The translations under genes and the position numbers were made by a program. The notes under the pieces were generated by a model that saw nothing but the letters and a program-made list of their open reading frames with translations, had not been told where the DNA came from and did not search any database. From contig JBMOKV010000477.1 of NCBI GenBank assembly GCA_049325495.1, positions 1 to 61,761 on the forward strand: a stretch of 61,761 bases of DNA, in the 5' to 3' direction. This document shows positions 55,385 to 61,761 of the stretch, piece by piece. The stretch's first letter is position 1, and every line of letters starts with the position of its first letter. Origin of the DNA: Candidatus Rifleibacteriota bacterium (GTDB lineage Bacteria; Muiribacteriota; Ozemobacteria; Ozemobacterales; Ozemobacteraceae).

Positions 55385-58300
55385 ATCTTATCGGCAGAAC
55401 TTTACAGCATAAGGCCTGGTCTATTGCTTTTTGGCTGCTGATTTCGGCGATCGGAATCATTTCTTACCTGAGCATGCCCATCGATCTTTTTCCCGATGTT
55501 ACGCCACCTCAGGTCGTAACCATGACCATGGTAAGAGGGGCATCGGCAGAAGATGTTAGCCGAAAAGTCACCACCCTCGTTGACCGTGAGCTTAAAGGCC
55601 TTACCGGAATCAAGAAAGTTGTTTCTACTTCTCGCGATGAAGTCTCATCGGTTAATGCCCAGTTTGAATATGGTACCGATGTTTCTGCCGCTATGACCGA
55701 TGTAATCAATGCGGTCAATCGTGTGCGTTCCAGGTTTCCGGCCGGGTCCCAGGAGCCACAATATTTCCGGGTAACCGATGCAACTCGCCCGATCATGACT
55801 GTTTCTGTTGCCCCTGCCGCGAGTTTTTCTTTTGATCTGAAAGCAATCAGGCTTCTTGCCGAGAACGATTTGAAAGAAGAATTTCTTCGTCAGCCGGGTA
55901 TTGGCAGAGTTGATGTGTTTGGGGCCAATGATCCTGAAGTTTTGATCAGGTTCGACCTTGAGAGATTGCGAATTTTCCGGTTGCCTCCGGCACAGGTCCT
56001 GCAGAAAATCGGGGCACAGAACGTTTCTCTGCCTGGTGGTTATTATGAATGCGGTGGTCGGGAATCACTGGTAAAAACCCTCAGTGAAGCATTCAATCCC
56101 GAGCAGCTCTACGATATGCCGGTTGCGGTAAGAAACGGTGCCATAATCAGGCTTGCTGACGTGGCTTCGGTCAGCCTGTCCATTCGCACCCGGCGAAGCA
56201 TTTACCATGGAAATGGTGAACCAGCGATTGCCATGAATATACTCAAGCCTGAAGATGGCTACGCAGTCCAGGGGCTTTTTTATGGTAAAAAGTTGGTGAA
56301 GCAGCTCGAAATGCAATATCCCGAGCTAAAATTTGCCATCACTACCGATCAGGAACCAATTATTACGATAAACGTCGCAGGAATGAAGGGCGCGTTATTT
56401 TCAGCTGTCTGGATGACGATGTTGATCGTTTTCATTTTTCTGATTGAAATAAGAACATCCCTCGTCATCGGTGTTTCTATTCCATTGTCATTTCTGACCG
56501 CTTTTGCTTTTCTTAATTTTACCCCTTTCACCATCAACATGGTGACCTTGTCTGGCTTGATCATCGCAGTGGGTATGGTTGTCGATGCGGCAATAGTAGT
56601 CGTCGAGAATGTGTTTCGCCACCTCAGGGAAAAGGAAAGCAGTCTGGCTACAATAGCACATGGTACCGAAGAAGTGGTTTTTTCCGTGCTTGGTGGAATG
56701 CTTACAACAATCGTTGTGATGATTCCAATCATGTTTGTCGGCGGTTATCCCCAGCAGGTTCTACGGCCATTGACCATGACTATTTCTGCAACACTGGTCG
56801 GCTCTTTTCTTGCCGCGGTTTCCATAGTTCCCATTCTGCTCGGGTATTTTTTCGTCGGTCATCGGCCTGATGATGATAAGAATTCGTTTCTGGTGAAGTT
56901 GAACGAAAAAGTCGAAGTGGCTCTGAATTTTGTTGCAGAGATTTATCTGAGCCTTTTAAGGCTGTTTCAGAAAATCAGGCTTCCAGTTCTTATTGGTTGT
57001 TTTATTCTATTGGTTGTAACGGTCAGAACCGTGATTCCGACCATCGGTCGCGAGCTGATGCCGCGCATGGATACAGGACAGATAATTATCAAAGCTGATT
57101 TGCCTGCATCGATGACTCCGGAACAGGTAGAACTGGCGATAAACAAGGTTGAAAAGGTCATCAAATCAAACCCCCATGTTCTGACCATTTCTACCGTTGC
57201 CGGCTCGGAACCGGGTCAGGTCAGTTTCGGTGCCGGCGGGCAGCTGCTTCAGCAGCTGGAAATTCAGGTCAGGCTCACAACCCGTGATCAGCGCCAGGAA
57301 ACCATCTGGGAAATTAATCGTTCATGGCGGCATGAATTTTCCAGAATTCCTGAGCTGGTTGCTTTTTCGGTTACCGAATTTGGTGCAACTCCATTATCTA
57401 CGACCAGAGCGCCAATAGACGTCATGATCAGCGGACGAGACCCGGAAACTTTATATCAGCTGGCCGGGAAGCTTGATGCAGATTTGCGTTCAATCAAAGG
57501 TTTGAATGATTTGCGATTCAGCTGGTCCAAAAGCAAACCTGAGATTCACTTCCTTCCAGATCTTGAGTTTACCAACCGTTACAATGTAAGTCCTGTTGAG
57601 ATCGGTGAATTTCTGGCAACTACTTTTACCGGAAGAACCCCGACTTATCTGAAGCTCAACGGTTTCGTCGACATTCCGGTTCGAGCGGAACTCGGGATTA
57701 ATCAGCAAACCTGGAAGCGGCCCCTTGAAGAACTTGCGCTGACCAGAGAAGGTGGCGAGCTTTTTCTTAGCTCTCTGGGAAGAACCATGCCGGTTTTGAA
57801 ACCCACTCTGGTAACCCGGGAAAATCTGAGAGAAACAATCGATATTCTCGGCATAAACTCAAATCTTCCCCTTTCTACGGTTGCCGCCGAGGTTCAGAAA
57901 AAAATAGACGGGTTTCCTTTGCCTGCGGGCTATCAGATAGAGCTTTCAGGTTCGATGTCTGATATGACCGAAACCGGAATTCGACTTGGTAAAGCCTTGT
58001 TTATCGGAATAATAATGCTCTACATCGTTTTGTATCTTCTTTTCGAATGCTGGTGGCGGCCTTTTCTGGTTATGGCAGCCATTCCCCTTTCTCTGATCGG
58101 TGCCTTCTGGGGACTTGTAATTCTCGATAAACCAATGTGCATGCCGGCAATGATGGGAATTATTCTGCTTGGTGGCACTATCGTCAACAATGCCATTATT
58201 CTCATCGATTTCATTGATAATGCGATAAAAGAAGGATGTGGCAGGCAGCAGGCGATGGAAAATTCGGTTAGAATAAGGCTTCGGCCAATTCTGATCACTA

Positions 58301-58491
58301 CTTTATCAACAGTTATCGGTCTTATGCCCCTTACTTTTGAACAGGCAGTCGGCCTTGAGCGCATGTCTCCTCTGGGGGCAGTTGCCTCATTCGGCCTATT
58401 GGCAGGAACGATAATGACAATGGTTATAATACCTCTGGCTTACGATTTTGTCAGTGATATCAAAGACCGATTTCAAAATTCCAGCAGTTGA
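55381..58491 (+). CDS. RND efflux permease (AcrB/CusA family)
   Basis: PIDLFPDV, SLPGG, IAVGMVVDAAIVVVEN, VNNAIILID, RLRPILITT; 1036 aa. Confidence 0.96.
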   Translation: MNLIGRTLQHKAWSIAFWLLISAIGIISYLSMPIDLFPDVTPPQVVTMTMVRGASAEDVSRKVTTLVDRELKGLTGIKKVVSTSRDEVSSVNAQFEYGTDVSAAMTDVINAVNRVRSRFPAGSQEPQYFRVTDATRPIMTVSVAPAASFSFDLKAIRLLAENDLKEEFLRQPGIGRVDVFGANDPEVLIRFDLERLRIFRLPPAQVLQKIGAQNVSLPGGYYECGGRESLVKTLSEAFNPEQLYDMPVAVRNGAIIRLADVASVSLSIRTRRSIYHGNGEPAIAMNILKPEDGYAVQGLFYGKKLVKQLEMQYPELKFAITTDQEPIITINVAGMKGALFSAVWMTMLIVFIFLIEIRTSLVIGVSIPLSFLTAFAFLNFTPFTINMVTLSGLIIAVGMVVDAAIVVVENVFRHLREKESSLATIAHGTEEVVFSVLGGMLTTIVVMIPIMFVGGYPQQVLRPLTMTISATLVGSFLAAVSIVPILLGYFFVGHRPDDDKNSFLVKLNEKVEVALNFVAEIYLSLLRLFQKIRLPVLIGCFILLVVTVRTVIPTIGRELMPRMDTGQIIIKADLPASMTPEQVELAINKVEKVIKSNPHVLTISTVAGSEPGQVSFGAGGQLLQQLEIQVRLTTRDQRQETIWEINRSWRHEFSRIPELVAFSVTEFGATPLSTTRAPIDVMISGRDPETLYQLAGKLDADLRSIKGLNDLRFSWSKSKPEIHFLPDLEFTNRYNVSPVEIGEFLATTFTGRTPTYLKLNGFVDIPVRAELGINQQTWKRPLEELALTREGGELFLSSLGRTMPVLKPTLVTRENLRETIDILGINSNLPLSTVAAEVQKKIDGFPLPAGYQIELSGSMSDMTETGIRLGKALFIGIIMLYIVLYLLFECWWRPFLVMAAIPLSLIGAFWGLVILDKPMCMPAMMGIILLGGTIVNNAIILIDFIDNAIKEGCGRQQAMENSVRIRLRPILITTLSTVIGLMPLTFEQAVGLERMSPLGAVASFGLLAGTIMTMVIIPLAYDFVSDIKDRFQNSSS

Positions 58492-58587
58492 ATTGCTGAA
58501 CGATAAGGTTTAGCAGATGCCATTTTTTTGCAATTGTGTTAATCTTCTATGCTGCAGAACATAAGGTCTTGCTCTTGAGGATTAATT

Positions 58588-60255
58588 ATGAAATTGTTTG
58601 TAAAAAACGGTGTTTCGCTCAGAATAACTCTTTTCACGGCTTTCCTTGGAACGGTTCTTTTTACAACATTTCTCAATGCGGGCATAAGCTCTTTACATGT
58701 TAAAAACCTTATTCTTGAGTCTGTCAGAGAAAAATTGCAGGTTGCCGTAGGCATTGGTGCCCATCAGATCGATGGTGACATTCATGCCCGAATCATGCGT
58801 GATTCAGATAAAAGATCTGTTGAATTCAAAACTATTTTTGACCAGTTAAGCAGTATTTTAAAGGTCAACCCGGATATCAAAAATGTTTATACGATCCGCC
58901 AGACCGGGGAAAATGAAGCGGTCTTTGTAGTCGACGCTGACCCGAAAGAAATAGAACGGGCTAATGTCGGGCATCGGGTTATTTTGATTACACCATCGAT
59001 GGCAAAAGCTTTTGCCCAGAAAAACCTGGTGGTTGTCGAAAGAAAATTTTACAAGGATGAATGGGGAACTTTCGTTTCAGGTTTTGCTCCATTTTATCGA
59101 AGCGATGGCACTTTTGAAGGGTTGTTGGGCATGGATGTCATGGCTGAAACCGTAAGATCTCATCAAATCAACAATATACTGGCGATTTTGACCACCTGCG
59201 TTGTCGTAACCTTCGTTGCCGTTTTTCTGAGTCTGATCATTTCCCGAAAAATTTCCGACCCCATAACCAGAGTAACCAGTGACATGGCTGAAATTCAGAA
59301 ATTCAACCTTGAATCAGCCCTTGAATCAACTTCGAAAATCCATGAAATCAGAAGAATGACCGACGCTCTCGATAATATGAAGAAGGGCCTGCGCTCATTC
59401 AAAAAATATGTGCCTACTGAACTGGTTTCTGACCTGATAAAGTTAAAGAAAGAAGCTTCTCTCGAAGCTGAAAATCGTCAAATATCCATTTTATTTTCCG
59501 ATATTCAGGGCTTCACTTCAATTTCTGAAAAAATTGCTCCTGATGATCTGGCCGAATCTATCGGCTATTATTTCGGTGAAATGACACAGGTGATTATGGA
59601 TACTGGCGGCATAGTCGATAAATACATAGGTGATGCCATCATGGCGCTATGGGGAACTCCCCACGATCTTGAAGATCATCAGCTTGCAGCCTGCTGTGCA
59701 GCCTTGCGTTGCCGGGATAAAGAGAAGGAAATCAATGAGCGGCTTCAACAAAAGGGGTTGCCTACCTTTTTCACCAGAATTGGAATAAATTCCGGCCACG
59801 CAATTGTCGGCAATTTCGGATTCGATAAGCGTATGACCTACACGGCGATTGGCGACAGCGTCAATCTTGCATCCCGCCTTGAGGGAATCAATAAATTTTA
59901 TCAGACAGCGATTCTCATAAGTCAGAATACTTACAACGCGGTTAAAAATCACGTCCTTGCCCGACTTGTAGATGTGGTTATCGTAAAAGGAAAAACTGAA
60001 GGCGTAAAAATCTATGAATTGATTTCTTTGCTTGACAATGCTGATGAAAAAGAAATAAAGCGGGTCAGTCGGCATAACAAGGCCATGAGTCTTTATTTGA
60101 ATAAAAACTGGCGGTCGGCACTTCGGCTTTTTAAAGCTTTGAAAAAACAAAGGGATGATTTCGCGGTTGGTGTAATGATTGAACGCTGCCAGAATTTTCT
60201 TGAAAATCCCCCCGGCGATGATTTTGTCGGAGTTGTTGCCTTAAGAAACAAATGA
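58588..60255 (+). CDS. Membrane adenylate cyclase (Cache-like sensor, HAMP, complete class III domain)
   Basis: FSDIQGFT, DKYIGD, RIGINSG, YTAIGDSVNLASR, VKGK; all catalytic residues present. Confidence 0.93.
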   Translation: MKLFVKNGVSLRITLFTAFLGTVLFTTFLNAGISSLHVKNLILESVREKLQVAVGIGAHQIDGDIHARIMRDSDKRSVEFKTIFDQLSSILKVNPDIKNVYTIRQTGENEAVFVVDADPKEIERANVGHRVILITPSMAKAFAQKNLVVVERKFYKDEWGTFVSGFAPFYRSDGTFEGLLGMDVMAETVRSHQINNILAILTTCVVVTFVAVFLSLIISRKISDPITRVTSDMAEIQKFNLESALESTSKIHEIRRMTDALDNMKKGLRSFKKYVPTELVSDLIKLKKEASLEAENRQISILFSDIQGFTSISEKIAPDDLAESIGYYFGEMTQVIMDTGGIVDKYIGDAIMALWGTPHDLEDHQLAACCAALRCRDKEKEINERLQQKGLPTFFTRIGINSGHAIVGNFGFDKRMTYTAIGDSVNLASRLEGINKFYQTAILISQNTYNAVKNHVLARLVDVVIVKGKTEGVKIYELISLLDNADEKEIKRVSRHNKAMSLYLNKNWRSALRLFKALKKQRDDFAVGVMIERCQNFLENPPGDDFVGVVALRNK

Positions 60256-60809
60256 AGGGTTATATCAGGCCTTTTATCAGCGTTCTTTTTCTGCTTATCT
60301 TAACTGTTCTGGTCTTGAAGATTTCAGGAAGAAGCTGGTTTGCCATCGATGGAAGCATTTTTTTCTGGTATGGCGAATCCAATGGTTCGGGTACTTCCCA
60401 GCATTTTCTCGACCCTTACAGCTTTACCCATTTTCTGCATGGGGTCATCTTTTTCTGGTTGATTCATTTTTCAGCAGCCAGGATTTCTTTTTCATGGAAA
60501 TTCGTTCTGGCTGTAGGAATGGAATCTCTGTGGGAAATAGTCGAAAATTCTCCGGTGGTAATTAACCGGTATCGGGCAGTTACTATCGCTCTTGGCTATT
60601 TTGGCGACAGTATTCTGAATTCGATGAGCGATATACTGGTGTGCTCGATTGGGTTTATTGTTGCATCAAAACTTGATCTTAGAAAAAGCCTGATTCTGGT
60701 CGCGCTGGTAGAAACATTTCTTCTGATCTGGATCAAAGATAGTCTTCTGATAAATATTATTATGTTGATTTACCCGATTGAGGCCATAAAAGCTTGGCAA
60801 ATGCAGTAG
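60252..60809 (+). CDS. DUF2585 (UPF0314) family membrane protein
   Basis: TSQHFLDPYSFTHFLHG, WEIVENSPVVINRYR, GYFGDSILNSMSD. Confidence 0.85.
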   Translation: MKGYIRPFISVLFLLILTVLVLKISGRSWFAIDGSIFFWYGESNGSGTSQHFLDPYSFTHFLHGVIFFWLIHFSAARISFSWKFVLAVGMESLWEIVENSPVVINRYRAVTIALGYFGDSILNSMSDILVCSIGFIVASKLDLRKSLILVALVETFLLIWIKDSLLINIIMLIYPIEAIKAWQMQ

Positions 60810-60886
60810 AATCGACATTAAAAAGTTTGTTTAACTTTGACTCAGGCGTTAAACTGGTAATGAAATTTTTTTATTCAACGGAGAAG

Positions 60887-61761
60887 ATGATGCAAAGGTT
60901 TTTACTTCTGTTTTTAATAATGTTTTTCTGTTGCAGTCAGCTTTTTGCCGGGTGGCAGGAAAATGTTTCCGCCTTGCTCGACCGGGGTTTCAATGACATT
61001 GCAACCGCCAGTTGCAGAGAAATGTCCGTTTCACCTGACGAAATCAGCAAGGTGGTTAAAGAAATCAAGGATTCCTCCCGGTTAATAGACTTTCTTCAAC
61101 GTCGCGATTTCAAACCGGCCGAGAAGCGTGGTGAGCTCGAGCTTTTCAATCTGGTTGGCAAAGATGGCATAAACCGACCCTGGGTTTTGTATGTTCCGGA
61201 AAATTATTATCATAAAAGACCAACCCCGCTTTTGGTGGCTCTTCACGGCGGAGTTTCCCGAACTACAATCAGTGAAGATCCGCTTGGTTGGGCTAAAGAA
61301 TCAGAATGGCTGCAGCTGGCCCGACAAAACGGGTGTTTTGCCCTGTTTCCTTTCGGCCAGGAAAAAGCGACCTGGTGGGATGAAACGGGCATGGAGAACA
61401 TTCGCCGGCAGCTTCACCTGGTAAAACACCACTACAACATAGACGATAACCGGGTTTATCTTGCCGGTTTTTCCGATGGGGCCTCGGCTGGTTTTCTCCA
61501 CGCCATGATCCACCCCGATAATTTCGCCGCCGTGGTTGCTCTCAATGGCCACATGGGAGTAGGCAGTCTCGATGGCGGGCTTCCGACCTACGCTCCCAAT
61601 ATGGCCCAGACACCTGTTTATGCCGTAACTACCGACAAAGATGGTCTGTACCCAACTTCGATGATGGCACCGACGATTGCCATGGCAATCAACAGCGGCG
61701 CCGACATTTTTTATCGCCAGCTTGCCGGAGAGCATGAATTCTCTTATGCGGCCAAAGAATT
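60887..61761 (+). CDS. Exported alpha/beta-hydrolase (PHB depolymerase/carboxylesterase-like), partial at the right edge
   Basis: Not in the ORF track; translated by hand: signal peptide, RPWVLYVPENY, LLVALHGG, RVYLAGFSDGAS (GxSxG), FAAVVALNG, TTDKDGLYP, GEHEF; open to the end of the window. Confidence 0.88.
   Translation, partial: MMQRFLLLFLIMFFCCSQLFAGWQENVSALLDRGFNDIATASCREMSVSPDEISKVVKEIKDSSRLIDFLQRRDFKPAEKRGELELFNLVGKDGINRPWVLYVPENYYHKRPTPLLVALHGGVSRTTISEDPLGWAKESEWLQLARQNGCFALFPFGQEKATWWDETGMENIRRQLHLVKHHYNIDDNRVYLAGFSDGASAGFLHAMIHPDNFAAVVALNGHMGVGSLDGGLPTYAPNMAQTPVYAVTTDKDGLYPTSMMAPTIAMAINSGADIFYRQLAGEHEFSYAAKE

Overview
Bacterial chromosomal segment spanning the replication origin. 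Genes left of about 4.0 kb run leftward (accB-lpdA-degenerate hom-lysC). Genes to the right run rightward (dnaA-dciA-like-remB-like-gyrB-gyrA-ftsB/divIC-4 tRNAs-large SRP RNA-dnaX). The oriC lies upstream of dnaA, with DnaA boxes, DnaA-trios and a T-rich stretch. There is a parS-like site inside the hom-like gene and a second DnaA-box cluster after dnaX; dnaN, recF, tadA, ebfC and recR are not in their usual positions. The rest is rich in signalling and envelope genes: two overlapping HAMP-SpoIIE/PP2C receptors, a FlgM-like protein, a stand-alone Cache protein plus MCP, a TPR protein, a CheY-like regulator, a HEAT-CheR fusion, AmmeMemoRadiSam radical SAM, SPOR, a sugar ABC transporter, Sel1 and TolB-like proteins, three class III nucleotide cyclases, a TetR-RND efflux unit, DUF2585 and a truncated esterase. 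The strongest novel signal is the overlapping cyclase pair at 43.4-49.2 kb. Its two members have reciprocally degenerate active sites: one keeps only the metal-binding Asps and the other keeps only K/T/N/R/K. This predicts an obligate C1/C2-type heterodimer as in mammalian membrane adenylyl cyclases. The mix of diderm envelope genes, Bacillota-like origin order and giant HAMP-PP2C/cyclase receptors resembles Candidatus Riflebacteria (inference from memory, not verified). No CRISPR array, rRNA, prophage or autonomous IS was seen.
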